DNA of 64,000 nt, from NCBI GenBank assembly GCA_904063045.1, contig CAJFCJ010000003.1:1736001-1800000 (forward strand). The letters run 5' to 3'. Position 1 is the first letter of the stretch. Each line of letters starts with the position of its first letter. This document shows positions 12,334 to 28,560 of the stretch, piece by piece. Source of the stretch: Dimorphilus gyrociliatus. Its lineage: Eukaryota; Animalia; Annelida. Both the position numbers and the translations under genes were made by a program. The notes below the pieces were generated by a model. It was not told the DNA's origin. It saw nothing but the letters and a program-made list of their open reading frames with translations, and did not search any database.

Positions 12334-15300
12334 TTATGACAGCGAATTATCATAAATTGAAGTTATTTTAAGATTATCAAAAAACGCTGTTGAAAAATTT
12401 GTAGTGCCCAAAGCAAGAAACCCATTGGACGATGAAGTTTCTGGGAGTATCGTAGTAAACAAAAATTGACCATTCATTTGCAAAGTCAGTGAGCTTCCCT
12501 AAATCAGGAGAAGTTTTACAAGCTAACTAATAACTAGGTTATTGCATACCTTCAAAACTATCTTGACAGTCAACCATTGATTAAAATGTAGCATATCGCT
12601 TGGAATTTCGGCATAAGTTCGATTATTTTTAGCTGGGATTAATGAGTACCGTATTATAAATATCTTAAAAAATATTAACCTTACAAAAATTTCCTGCAAC
12701 AGTTATTAGTTTTTTCTTCAAGTTAATATAAACAAAAGTTCCAGGACTATAACAAATATTACAGCCGCCATCCCTAACCCGAGCTCCTAAAACGATTCCA
12801 TCGCTTCCATTTTTGGGAACAAGAAAATCAATTGCAAATTGCACATCTGACCTATAGCAATAATTGACCTAACGTCATCAAATAAATTGACAAACTGCTA
12901 ACCATAGATAATTTCCAAATACAGCTACTGGTCTCGACATAGGGAAAGGGAGACAGGTGTCAACCGGAGGTTTAACAACCATTTGCTGAATGACTCCTTT
13001 GCGATTTTCATAATCTGTAAAATGCACCTCAAAAGTTCCCGCTTGTTGGGCAATGTTATATGGTTCCTCTGAGTCTCTATAATCTGCAAAATTTATTTTT
13101 TGGCGTTTTTTTTACTAATTGTTATATATTGAAAAGTATATTTTAGTTACTGTCAAAACTATCGAAGTAGGGCAAAGGAAACGGTACTGATTTTGGTGAC
13201 TCTTTGTGGAAGCCTTTACTACCTGTACTAAGAGTCGTTAGCGTAACAACAGTATTCCGTTTTAGGTGAAGTGTAAACGTTGAAGTGGAGTCAATCTGTT
13301 AAAACAAACTTCCCCATAAATTTTTTTAGATAGTAGCCATACTTGGAAAGTTTTAATTTCGATAAAATAGCTATCTTCAATGGCTTAAATTTCTTTGAAT
13401 TTAAGCATATTTTTATCAAAACTTTCTAAAGAAGTAACAAAAATAAAAAAATGAGTTAATTTGAAGCAATTGATAAGATTTATTAGAATGCATAAGTAAT
13501 GATAAAAATATCCTAATTTCGTAAAATTTTACGTGTAAAGTTCTCTAAACGGATATTTTTCGTGTATTGATGAAGGATATAGTAGAAAAACCGTTTAAGC
13601 AACCAACATACCTTTGATAGGAAATCACAAAGAAAAAAGTAAAACCTGTAAGACAACTGAGTTGCCTAGGATTTTTGCTAAGTAGAGTTTTATAATACAT
13701 TTTTCAGCGAAAATAGGCATTTAGTTAATTAAAATAACCAATAGAAATTATAGAAAGTACTCCTAAATAGTTAAAGAAATATAAAGTGAAAAATTTTTCT
13801 AGACTCACAAATATTGGATTTTGCCTCTGAAAAAGAGCTTCTTTCTTGTAGTCCTTAGTGAAATCACTCTGCCACACTTTGAGAGTAGTTATAGCTTTCT
13901 AAGAGAAACTAATTAGAGATAGGATATTATTAGATATAAAACATACAAATTTTCCTGAAAGTTTAAACGAAGCAATTTGATGCGAAGCCACTGGATATTT
14001 TGGCATGGGGTAAAAACAGGGAAACTCTTGGGGGTCCTTCCATAAAAAAAGCAACTCATTAGAATATAGATTGATGACTTGATAATATCAACCATAGTTT
14101 CAACAATAATAGTTAAGTGCTTTTCATCAGTTAAGCTTAAATATGTTCCTCCACCAGTTAAGTTTCCAACTCCATTTGAATGTCTTAGAAAGTACCAGCC
14201 AGGTTTCGTAAATTGAGTATGGTGAGCTGAGGCCCAAATAGGAGAATTTACTTCGTAATGACCACTCCAGGGTTCGCTGGCTGTCATTAAGCTACATCTA
14301 CCATAAGGAAGATTAGGATAATAACTGGCTATAAGATTCCAGGCAATCGATCTAGGTATTGTGGAAAACATGAGTAAATATTATTAATTAAAAGTAAATA
14401 CAAACGCTGTAAAAAACCCTTGAACGTAGCGTTCATTCAGGACCTATTATTAATAGAAATTGAAATAATTATATACATGTGTGATATGTACCCTAGCCCA
14501 GCATCCTCCTCCAAGTAGGTTATTCTCAGCACTATATTCTTCTGAACCCCATAGTATTTTGTCTGTTAACAGAGACTTCAGGGGATTTGCCCCAGTGAAA
14601 CCAGGATAGTGCACACTGCGTGAAAAATTTTTTACAAGCGACAAAGTGCTTTAGGTATTTTTACCCGATAACGTCTACAACTTGGGCAAGTTCAGGATCA
14701 TTAAGCATATCGTCTAAAATATTCCATTCGCCATCGGCTGCAACTATCTTTGTCTTCTGGTAGCCTAATTCATCTAAACGTTTTCTCAACATCTGATTTA
14801 TATAATTTTATATTTAAATATCACTTATCAAAAGAAATAACCTTAATGTAAAGAATATCGTAAGGTCTCTCATTCCATATCTAAAATAGTAAACAAAAAC
14901 TAAATAATTTTAAAAGTTCAATTTAAAACTAACTCCAACGAAATCTATAGTTAAATTATGAAATTTTTCTGCTCCAATAATCCAATTTGTTATATACTTA
15001 ACAAGTTTTGTTCTATTAGAGTAAGGGTTAGACTTTCCCCCACCAAGCCATCCTGGAAAAACCCACGGCAAACCGTAAAGTAAAATTTCTGGATTTCTCT
15101 TATAAAAAACATTTATTAGTCGAAATTGCAATTAATAAAAAAAGAAGGTACTTTTTTAGCTTCTTTCATTAAAAACCACTCGTAGCCTCTGTTGAAATTC
15201 AAGTCATTTTCTTCATGCATATGAGACGCTTCGGTTCCGTCTTCATCAATACATATTAATATCAAACTAACAATTTAGAAATTGCGTTACCCGTGCTCTG

Positions 15301-15666
15301 TGAATCACCGCCAATCTCCACTTTTAAAATTTGTAATGATGCTGCGAAATTAGGCTGTTTTTTATGCAGAATTTTAAAGGGAGTATTAAGACTTGAAAAG
15401 TTACTGACTTTAAAGAGAAAATCCAATATTTCATCACGATAAATCTTGGGATAATTTATCAGTAATTTTGAAGTTGCCTACGGAATAAATCTTGTTAAAA
15501 TTGAAATCACTCAGGCTTCAAAAAGTACTCCTCCTCCGCTGATAGCACCTATTCCATCAAATCGTCGACCATATCCATTTCTATCAGAAATTAAGTACTG
15601 AAAAGCATAACCGTGGGTTTGTAAACTTGTTAAGTAACTTAAAATAAGAGTTAAAGTAATTTTCAT
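12334..15666 (-). CDS. GALC: Galactocerebrosidase (GH59), multi-exon
   Basis: Signal peptide [21 protein letters not shown]; [14 protein letters not shown]; [11 protein letters not shown]; LWGSEEYS...GGGCWAR; WNLIASYY...PWSGHYEV...WASAHHTQF; C-terminal NGFLALGT...FDN. Stop at 12334-12336. Confidence 0.95.
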
Positions 15667-15686
15667 TGCTCTTTGTATATATCTAC

Positions 15687-15712
15687 AGTCACATGATATA
15701 GCTCATGTGACT
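15687..15712. promoter_or_regulatory. Inverted pair of MiT/TFE M-box (CLEAR-like) elements upstream of GALC
   Basis: AGTCACATGA-tatagc-TCATGTGACT is a perfect 10-bp inverted repeat, and each arm contains TCATGTGA. It lies 21-46 nt upstream of the ATG of a lysosomal hydrolase. Confidence 0.6.
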
Positions 15713-15740
15713 AGTTACCTTCAACTTGTAACAACTATCA

Positions 15741-15780
15741 TGATTGGTCACATTTCATTTCGTAATAACGCCTGACGTCA
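15741..15780. promoter_or_regulatory. CCAAT box (TGATTGGTCA, 15741-50) and full CRE (TGACGTCA, 15773-80) in the GALC/CEBPG divergent promoter
   Basis: Exact consensus matches in the 538-bp gap between the divergent ATGs at 15666 and 16205. Confidence 0.5.
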
Positions 15781-16204
15781 CAAGGATTTCCCCTGTATTC
15801 CCTAACGTTTTCAGCGTTTTACCGACCCCCGTTCTTAATTACCGGCACTTTTCCCGATTTCAAGAGGGTAAATCATCTATTTTATCAATTCTTATTCAGA
15901 ATATTAAATTGCCTAAAAAAACATTAGACTGTAATTTTTAAATTTTGGTTAAGATTCGATTTCGTAAGGGCATTGATACAGGTGTGATGATGAATTCCGT
16001 TATCCTCCTATTTTTTATACCGCTATATGATAAATTGATAATTAATAGAGTATTTAGCAAGATATTATTAATCAAAGCACGACGATTTGTAAAGTACGCC
16101 GCGGTCATTTTGATAACGCTTTTCTTAGCGACATCTAGTGGAGGCAATTGTTGTGAAATCGTCAGTGAAAGTCGTTAAATTGTTTCAGTTTAAATCTCTA
16201 AAAA

Positions 16205-16471
16205 ATGGCTCCAATGAAACCGGGAACAGCGCGAGTGCGATCATCACCTCTTGATAAAAATAGTCAGGAATACCGAGAGGGTCGTGAAAAGAACAATATT
16301 GCCGTTAGAAAAAGCAGAATGAAAAGTCGCTTAAAGCAATTAGAAACAAATCAGCTGGTGGAAGAATTAAAAAAAGAAAATGCAGAATTAAAAGAAAGAG
16401 TTAATCTGTTATCTAAAGAATTGGGGGTTTTAAAAGATTTGTTCATCACTTATGCAGAGGACAAATCTTGA
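16205..16471 (+). CDS. CEBPG: C/EBP gamma-like bZIP factor, 88 aa, single exon
   Basis: SPLDKNSQEYREGREKNNIAVRKSRMKSR basic region and zipper ending LSKELGVLKDLF (cf. CEBPG LTKELSVLKDLF); no activation domain. Confidence 0.9.
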   Translation: MAPMKPGTARVRSSPLDKNSQEYREGREKNNIAVRKSRMKSRLKQLETNQLVEELKKENAELKERVNLLSKELGVLKDLFITYAEDKS

Positions 16472-17166
16472 CGAAAATTTAATGTTATGACGACTTTAGT
16501 GGATCATTTTTTGTAGATTTCAATATTTATAACTTGCTTACAGAGTTGTTTCAGTTTGTCTTTATCTTTTAATAAAATTTTCAAAACTTTTCAATTTACT
16601 AAATAAATATTGCTTTTTTAAAAAATATATCAAAGTTTCTTTAATACATGTTGAATTAATTAGAAATATCTTTTGATGTTCTTCATCTATAATTTACCAC
16701 TTAAGTAAAAACTAAGTTATGAGGTAATCGAAATTACAGTTTTCAGACTAGCGAAAATTGTATATTCTATATAATTACATTTTTGAATGTTCACTACTAA
16801 AATAAAGAAAATTATATTTCTATCTACTGTGAGCCTGACTTTAAATGATAACTGCCCGTTTTTGAGAAACCTAGGTCAGCAGCCAGTAGCAAACATTGTA
16901 TAAAATATATTGTACAAACTAAATCACTCTTATAACACAATTTATCCGAGTGTACATATGTATGATATATATATATAAAGTAAACTTACATATATATACT
17001 GAAAAGAGGATAACAGAACATGAAAGAATCGCGTTAAAAATTTCTGAAATAATCGATCGTCATGCCAAAGAAATAAGTAAGGTGTTATATAAACTTTACT
17101 AAACATTCGAAAGTGCATAATAGATAGATACATTTCCCATAATATTTCAATATATTACGGAAAAAG

Positions 17167-19281
17167 TTACCAATCACCCTCAGTTTTTATTTTCTGTGCG
17201 ACTGGTATGCCATTAGAGCCAGGAACTAATCTTGCTGACGGAGAGTTATCAATACGAAGTAGTTCTTCTTCTAAATCAAATGTGGTATCAAAGTTGTTGA
17301 GCAGGCCATTTGAAGTAAAATTAGATTCATCATCTAACATAGGAGAGGAAGTAGCCGATGGACTTCTCCGTAACCTTCTAAGACCCCGATCCGTAACTTT
17401 TACTCGGCTCGGACTGCCTGGCCTTTTAAAGGTTTCACTTTCGCATGAGGGAAACACAGTTTGCATTGAAGGATAGCTTATCGTAGATGGTTGTAGTAAA
17501 CTCAAAATTCCGCTTTGCTGGGGTTTAGACTTATACTTCATTGATAATGAATGGATATAATCTAAGCAACGGAAGAGACGATTACGGTCGTCAGGTGGAA
17601 CTAGGCCAATATCGGCTAATGCAAGGTTTGAAATATCGCTGATCGCTTCCATCCATTTTCGTTCGAGAGGTAGTGCAGCTATTAGAAATTGTTAATTCAA
17701 CTAATTTTTCGTACAAAGGAAATTTAAAAACTTTCAGAAAAAGACAAGTTATACAAACCTAAATTTAAGGAATCTGGAGTATTAATTCTATCCCAATCTT
17801 TAGTAGCAACTTTAGTAGGAATTGGCGTAGAATTCGTCGGGAGCACCCGCTTTATTGCCTTCGGCTTTACACTGTAATACGATAATTCACTTATCTAAAT
17901 AAACCTATCTATTTAAACATTTTAAATCTTACATTTTTTCTTTTACTACTTTTCTTTTTTCTCCTTCAATTGCATCCTCAACGCTGCTCACGCTACGCTC
18001 TTTACTAGAGCGGGATTTATTGGACACATCACTTCCAACCATACCTATAAACTCATTGTTTTCGTTATAATTAGCATATGCTTCCAAAATTTTATATCTG
18101 GTTCTATATTCTTCTGAGAAGAAATTTTTTGAATGTGCTATGCGTAAGATATGTTGTTTTCCTGATTTCACCGTTGGATATTTATGCTTGCAAGTTGGAC
18201 AGTAATAAAATCCATTTTCATTGTGTTTTTTCTGATTTTTAGCGAATCGAATAAATTCCTCTCTTAACCTGTTTGAAACGTATTGTAAATTTTTCGGTTG
18301 GAATTGGCTATAATGTTGAAGAGTTGCGTCCATTACTTGCATGCATTTAACGCTCATATTTCCCTTTACTCTATATTTATCAAGTTCATCTGTATTTAAA
18401 GTTCGAGCTTCTGATTGCCTCTTTGGGCCACTATTCTTATTGGGCATGGATTTTATAATTTTAGATGTTTTTATAATAAACTTTCCAGCCATTCCTGCCG
18501 TTAAATTGTGTTTTTGTATTATGTGCTTTAGCACAGATATTCTTTGAAAATTTCGGTAAGAACACTTGGAACAAGCAAATATCTGGTGCGGTGAATTAGT
18601 AGGTTTCAATTTTAGATTCAATTTTTCTGGTTCTTCGGCTCTGACGTTTGTATTTTCTTCTGTATAATTAGTCAATTCTGTTTCCACAACGTCTTTTCCT
18701 AACTGATTCTCAAGGCGTGTCTTCCAGATATTGGATATTGGTAAATTTAAAGATTTTACAATATCTGGGTGCTGTCGGTTGCAATGTTTCACCATAATTT
18801 CAACACTGGATATAAATCTATCAGGATGGAGGGCACAAGTGAAAGATCTCGCATTCATGTCACCCCAATCGATCCCTTTATCGACACAAAGATCGTAAAA
18901 ATGCTCAAGAATCTTGTGACGATGTGTTTGGAAATGATTGTCATGTTTCCGACCTGACAGTTTGTACTTGCATACTCTGCAATAGTTTAGGTCCTTTATT
19001 AAAGATTTCTCACGCGAAACTAATAAAGCATCCTCATCAATATCTGTTGCACTTTTGTTGGCTTTGCTTTGAAATGTTCGATGTGTTTTACGTTGTCCCA
19101 TAGGCAAAGTTAAATTGTTTATTCTGTTTTCTTCACTTTCAGCCTCAGATGCGGATTCTTCAGAAAGACCTTTCCCACTGACACATTCATTGTTCCTAAA
19201 GTTATTACCTAGTTTAATCCGTAGATTAAATGTCTTATCACAGTTTGAATTTCGGTTAGCAGATTCACTTTTGTAAGACAT
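17167..19281 (-). CDS. Multi zinc-finger protein (about 4 dispersed C2H2/matrin-like fingers) with a conserved-looking C-terminal block
   Basis: Large exon (ATG 19281) contains CRVC..HFQTHRH, CALH..HCNRQH, CSKC..HIIQKH and CPTC..HILRIAH. It splices through a small exon near 17870-17756 to the terminal exon (ERKWMEAISDISNLALADIGLVPPDDRNRLFRCLDYIH...*). Confidence 0.65.
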
Positions 19282-20381
19282 GCCCTGAACCTGCAATGAT
19301 AATAGCCTGTAATATCGCTCAAAACAAATGCTTCATTTTATTAGTGAGAAAACGGTTTTAATAACACTGAAATAAAAGACACAAGGACAAACCTCACGCA
19401 GTCCGTAAGTCACACTTAAAAAGCAGGTATAACAGAGAAATTATTAAAAGGTAAATCTTAAACTCTCCTAACAATGAATTAACATTTTTGAATGGCTCAG
19501 AGTCTCACGTAAGTTCTTATCGTTAACAAATGAATATGGAATACAAACCACCCTATACTTTTTATGAACAAACTGGTGGTTACTTCTCAAATCAGTTAAT
19601 GGTATTTTTGCGATACTTCTGTTTTAAATTTATAAAGATACTTATGTCTTAATGCAAATCTTTTTTCGTAGTTTTGTTTAGCGTATAGTTTTCAAATTCA
19701 ATAAACCCTCCTTTTCCTTATTTTTATGAAAAAACTTAGTTTTTACAAGTAATATCAGTACAATGCAATCATATTGAATTTTCTTTTCATAGCTGAACTT
19801 CTCAACCGCATACTAAAACTTTTATTTCCCAGGACTGAACGCCTTTGTTGTATATTTTACATATTGATACGCTAGCATATTGATCCACAGTCTTCTAATT
19901 TAAAAAGTGAAAAGAGGCCCCTGCACTTTTTGCAGTGAAATTCCTTATGACTTTTAAACTCACAATATGAAACATACATTCAATATCAATCCAAATTCTA
20001 ATTTTAACTCTTGCAAAAGTTATTTTCCATCTTAAGAAAAAAACAAGATATATTCTTTATTTATAATAAAGTTAAGAAATATATTGCTTTTGTTATACAC
20101 CGAGTTAGATGGAAAATTGTCCTTTATCTAGTTGTATTTATGAATTCGCGCAACAGATGTCGTTTGTGTTTTTCTAGTATTGAAATCCCCTCCACTGTCA
20201 TTTCAGTAAACGCCCTACTGAAGTAGCTTGCGATCAAAATTTGTTTTTAGCAAAAATTTTAACAATTTTATTTGACAATAAAACATTATTGTGAAAATTT
20301 AACTAAAGTTAGTATGATTTATTGTTAAATATTGGTTTCTATATGTCTAAATGATATTCCAACAAATATTTGCCAACAGTA

Positions 20382-23319
20382 ATGACTGATGTGGAGGCTA
20401 GACTTGCTGAAATTCAGCGCACTCTAAATAGGCTTGGGGAAAATGTTGAGCAATTATCTCAAACTCAGAAGTTTCGGGTTAGTTACCATGCTTAGCTTAT
20501 GGTTTCTTGTTTTTTAGATTATTCAGATTTTATTATTTATTTTCGAAAGCATCGTATCGTTTTCAAAATCATTGTATACAACGACATTGAAATAGTCACA
20601 CCTGTACCTTGTGTAGTATAGTATATTGTGTGACACTTTGCCTAAACATCCAACTTTGAATCAAAATGCCTAGATGAATATGTTTGAAAGCCGTGATAGG
20701 TGAACCGGATATCTATGAACGGTTTTGCAATATTCATTGTTCATTGTTAGTACGGATGTTTCTTATGCACTATAATCAATATATTATTCTCTTTATAGTT
20801 CATACTTCCTGTTATTGTTGACTAAATATTATTGAAGAATTGGACCAGATATTGGCCCTTTACTGTAAAAAAAAGATGTTTTTTACGATTTAAAATTTGA
20901 TGTTCACACTGCTGATTAATATTAAATTTATTTTAATACTTTATCAGGTGGCTGAGTCAAACACTGCGAAGGGAAATGTTTTTAGTTTTGGTGATGATGA
21001 AAATGAAGAAAGAGGAAACTGGACTGGTAGGCTGGATTTCTTGCTGTCATGTCTTGGTTATGCTGTAGGTTTGGGGAATGTTTGGAGGTTTCCTTATTTA
21101 TGCTATAAAAACGGAGGAGCCGTATTTTTTGTCCCTTACGGTATTGGTTATTCACAAAATATAATTAGTTCTCATCACTATTTGAAAATTTCCAGTCATT
21201 ATGTTAGCTTTTGTTGGTATGCCAGTTTTTATGTTCGAACTCTCCATTGGTCAATTTACCAGTTCTGGAGCTTTAACTTGCTGGAAATTTGCTCCATTAT
21301 TCAAAGGCGTAGGAGTCGGGATGGTAATCGTTTCTGGAATGGTAGGAGTTTACTATAACATGATAATCGGATGGTCTATTTGGTACCTTATTTCATCCTT
21401 TATAAATGTAAAGGATTTGGAATGGAGTGACTGTGATAAAAAATGGAATAATCCAAATTGCACAGGGTTAATGAATAAGGACGCGGCACTAATGTGCAAT
21501 TCATCAATAAAGGATGAAGGCTTTGATAATATTTCCAGAGGGCCGGATGGTTGGTGTTATGTTTCAAGAAATCTAACTTTCGGAAATTTCAGAGATACGT
21601 TTCATAATGTTCCAATAGGAATTTACGATAAAGACCTACACAAAGCTCTAAAAACAAATCACGAGGTATTTAACACAGATTTCATTTTTATTTTTCATAG
21701 CAAGCTCATATTTCAGAATCATACGAAAATGGAACTACCAACAGAGCAATATCTATACAACTACATGCTTAAAAGAAATGATTTTGAAAATGGAAAGTTA
21801 GTTACAGAGTATAACATGGATAATTTTGGATCCGTCCAGTGGGACTTAACTTTGGCTTACATTGCTGCATGGATTATTGTGTTTTTGTCTTTGTGTAAAG
21901 GAGTAAAATCTTCTGGAAAAGTTGTTTATTTCACAGCTCTCTTCCCGTATGTTGTCCTTATAATTCTTTTTGTAAGAGGAATTATTTTGGATGGTTCGAA
22001 AGATGGCATAGATTTTTATCTTATAAACGTGGACACTAGTAAATTAGAGGATTCAGTTGTTTGGAAGGATGCTGCAGTTCAAATCTTTTTTTCGTTGTCG
22101 GCTGCCTGGGGTGGTCTAATATGCTTGTCTAGTTACAATCGATTTCATAATGATTGTTTGAGAGATACATTAATTGTTTCGATAGGAAACTGCTTGACAT
22201 CTTTCTTTGCTGGTTTCGTGATATTTTCTTTTATAGGCTTTCTTGCACGTGAAACGGAACAAGAAGTCGAAGACGTTGCTACGAGTGGTATTGGTTTAGC
22301 CTTTACAGTTTATACATACGCTGTCACCCTTATGCCTGTTGAAGGACTTTGGGCTGTTCTTTTTTTCTTGATGTTAATAACTCTAGGGCTAGATTCTGAA
22401 TTCGCTCTTGTTGAGACAGTAACCACGTCAATCATCGATCAATGGGAGAGCTCATTGAGACCTAAAAAAAGTTTGGTTATTTTTATTACTTGTGTTGTCT
22501 TTTTTCTGCTTGGATTACCAATGTGCTGTAACGCTGGAGGTCATATGCTTCAATTGGTGGATACTTTCGCTGGTGGATGGAATGTTATGTTAATAGCCTT
22601 GTGCGAATGCCTTGGAATTATATATGTCTATGGTTCGTTTTAATTACAGCTTATTTTTGCATGAAATTAATCTGTTAATTTCAGGTGGATTTAGATTTTG
22701 TAAGGATATTAAAATAATGATTGGTCAAAGTGGATGCTGTGGTGCTTTACCTTGGGAATGCTGTAAATTTTGGTGGCTGTTGAACTGGGCAATTCTAACA
22801 CCTATTGGTGTTTTGTTTATTATGATATTTTCTTGGGTTAAGGTATTACTGATTCAACAAACAAAACCCTTAATAATAACTTTTTTATAACATTCAGTAC
22901 GAAAGAGCAACATGGGATAGCTATGTATACCCTGATTGGGCACAAGCATTAGGCTGGCTCATGACTTTAGCTGTGGTGGCTGGAATAGTTATTACACCGA
23001 TTTTCCTAGCTATATTAGCAATTAGAGAAGGAAAAGTAAGTTTTGAATACTTTTATGTTAAATAGCTATTATTTTTGAATTTCAGAGCTTGAAGTCTTTG
23101 ATAACGCCTACACGCGATTGGGGCCCAGCCCTTTCGCAGCATAGGCGACTTGTTGACTACGTAGATGATTTTGTTATTGATCCAAAATCTGATGGAGAGC
23201 TAGATTTGCATGATGTTAAGGTTAATGTTGTTAGCAATGATAAATCAGCCAAAACAAAAGCCAATCGCAATAATAACATACTTCAGATTGCTTCTTTCAG
23301 CTCTGGAACAAATTTTTAA
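20382..23319 (+). CDS. SLC6 Na+/Cl- dependent amino-acid transporter, GlyT2/proline-transporter-like
   Basis: [37 protein letters not shown] (Gly, not Asp, in TM1, typical of amino-acid carriers); [10 protein letters not shown]; [29 protein letters not shown]; LGLDSEF. First exon MTDVEARL... splices in phase 0. Confidence 0.92.
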
Positions 23320-24051
23320 TTTTCTTACTTTTCATAGTTTGTAAATTTTAATTACTCTTTCCTTTTTACTAATATATCGTGCCCTCTTTTATTCATATGA
23401 TGACTGTGCGCTTTGAAGTCAGAGCTAGAAATATTTTTCAAAAACTTTCAAACAAAACAAAGTTATTTGATTCACGTTTAATGAATACTTCATGAAATAA
23501 AAACAATCTTTTTGCCTGGAAGTAGCCTTTATCAATAATACCTTTTAAAAATAAAAGACCGTCACAATATATGATTCCTAATTTAAATTTTTTTCTTTGT
23601 AGATTGGAATGCAAGGGAAGACAAATAAGGGGTATGAATAATTGTTATGTACAACTACTATATTTTCAGTTTCGACTTAAAAATTTTTATTTACTACTTG
23701 CCTAACATAATCGCTAAAGACCCGCATCTAAATGAAATAAGATTAAAATGATTATATTCATCAATGAGTTTGATATTCTGTAATTAGATTTAGATGTACA
23801 AATTTTATAAATATAGTAACTTTTTGCACTTTTGTTTTTATTCAAACAAATACATTCAAATTTAAAAAAGTAGCCTTTCTTAGTTATATTGTATAAACTT
23901 CAACATTGGGTTTTAATATATAACATTTTACTTGTATATCATATGCCAATGAAATTAGTTATAGCTATATATTTATACATATAAAACTTGTATTTTAAGG
24001 ACCAGTTCAAAGCAACTTGAATTGACATTTAAGATATTTCAAAGTATTCAA

Positions 24052-26769
<2,718 letters not shown>

Positions 26770-28560
26770 TTTCTTTACGGTTGATTGCTAAAAGTTTACA
26801 ACAGTCCAATATCTGGAAAATTAACCATAAGCGTAATAGCGCAGAGCATGTCTATTTTACTTGCAAGATAATGAAAACTGGTAGACTTTTATGTGATTCA
26901 GATTTTATATAAACTATTCCAAGCCTTTGCGCAAGCGTTTTGTGAGGCACTAAGGTAAATTTTCATCAAGAATAATAATAGATTAGAATATCCTTTAATA
27001 TTGATCATATTTGGAAATTATATTCCTTATTTAAGTTGATTTAATTAGTAATATAAAGAAACATCTTAGATTTTCACACAATTTACAATAAATAAAAATT
27101 ATTCACCCTATCATGTCTTCATATCAATACCTGTGGACAGGTCATATTTATGTTCCTAGCCAATTTTTGTAATACTAGATACTTGAACATTAGAAGATAT
27201 TTATTATTTTTGTAGGTGGGAGACATGACGATTAAAGATTTTTATGCTCTTACGCTAATTTAAGAGTAATTCAGAGCAAGAAGCTACCTCAATTTACAGT
27301 TTTAATTCGGTAAATAATTCACTATTAATATTTACATATGGTTTTTGGTGGAAAATGAACTTTAATATATAATAACTAAGACAAATTTCAATGAAACGAG
27401 TTGGAATCGTTTATCTTACTATTGATAAAATGGCAATAATCTACACATTCATAGTTGCTAAAGCGGAAGCAAGGCAAAGGATAATACACACCTGGTCGAC
27501 AGTTAGAGAAAGCATGGCAGGTCAAAATATCTTTCAGCATGTAAACTCGCCTGACTACAGTACTTTTGGCCCGTTCTGTACAATACTCTGCGCAATTAGT
27601 AGCTCGTTAAATATTAATAGCTTTTGTGTTATAACGGGCATTCAGCAGCCTCAACTTAATGCTTTCAGAAATATGGACCTTCTTTATATATAAAATAGTT
27701 TTTGACTTGATTAATCTTTGATGATGAAAAGAACGAAAAAGTTTTCATTAAAATAAAAAAAAACCACATAAAGTAGTTCATTCAGTTTTGAGACTTTTGT
27801 CGTAATAAAAGCTGCTGTTTAATCTATCATATGGACATCTTTCATATCTTTATCATTTGTTACATCAGCACGTTTAGTCTTCACCTTGAAGTAATGAGAA
27901 TAAACTTCAAAGAACACTGTACATGTATATTTTCAGTAATTAAGAACTGTTTAATATGAGGACAAGATAGGGTGAAGTGATGACATTTAAGTAGATATAG
28001 CAGTCATTAGGAAAAATTATGCACGAACCCCTTAAATGAATTCTTGAATCACGCAACAATGATGACCTATATTTTGCTGACTGAGCGCGCTGATTGGTTC
28101 GTAAAGTAAATGCACAAGCACGTTGATTGGTTATTTCGATAATGATATAAGTAATGTTCTTTTTTATTTCTTCATAACTTTTAACATTTTCAGTAGGTAG
28201 AGATGAAACTTTTACGACATCCTCACCTCGATTCAGCAATTACAACTACGTTTGATGTCTGCGCGTCATAGAATTTTTATGAGGGTGACACAGTTCAGTA
28301 TTGGCAATTGCTACAAAAAGATTCTCACCATTAAATTTTAAGCGAAATTTTCTCACCCTCAAATTTCGATTTAAGAATTTATTTGCCTGCTATAACTATT
28401 GTAGAATTGATCAGCAGTAGAATTTCAAAGTTTCAGAACGCTACATAAAACAAGAATTACTAGTAACAACCAGAATAATGAATATTATAAAGTATTCAGG
28501 AGATTGATAATTTTCCTTTTGAATAAACCCTTAATATGCTCGTTGTTACTTCATATAGAG

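Noticed and set aside
15744-16178. Short ORFs in the GALC/CEBPG gap
   Set aside because: They overlap on opposite strands, use non-ATG or weak starts, show no recognisable motif, and lie in promoter/UTR sequence.
17550-17652. SAM domain in the zinc-finger protein
   Set aside because: Resemblance is superficial; the acceptor leaves too little N-terminal sequence for a full SAM fold.
27391-27693. 100-aa plus-strand ORF between SPG7 and the zinc-finger gene
   Set aside because: No recognisable motif and no consistent flanking exons; cannot be supported without expression data.
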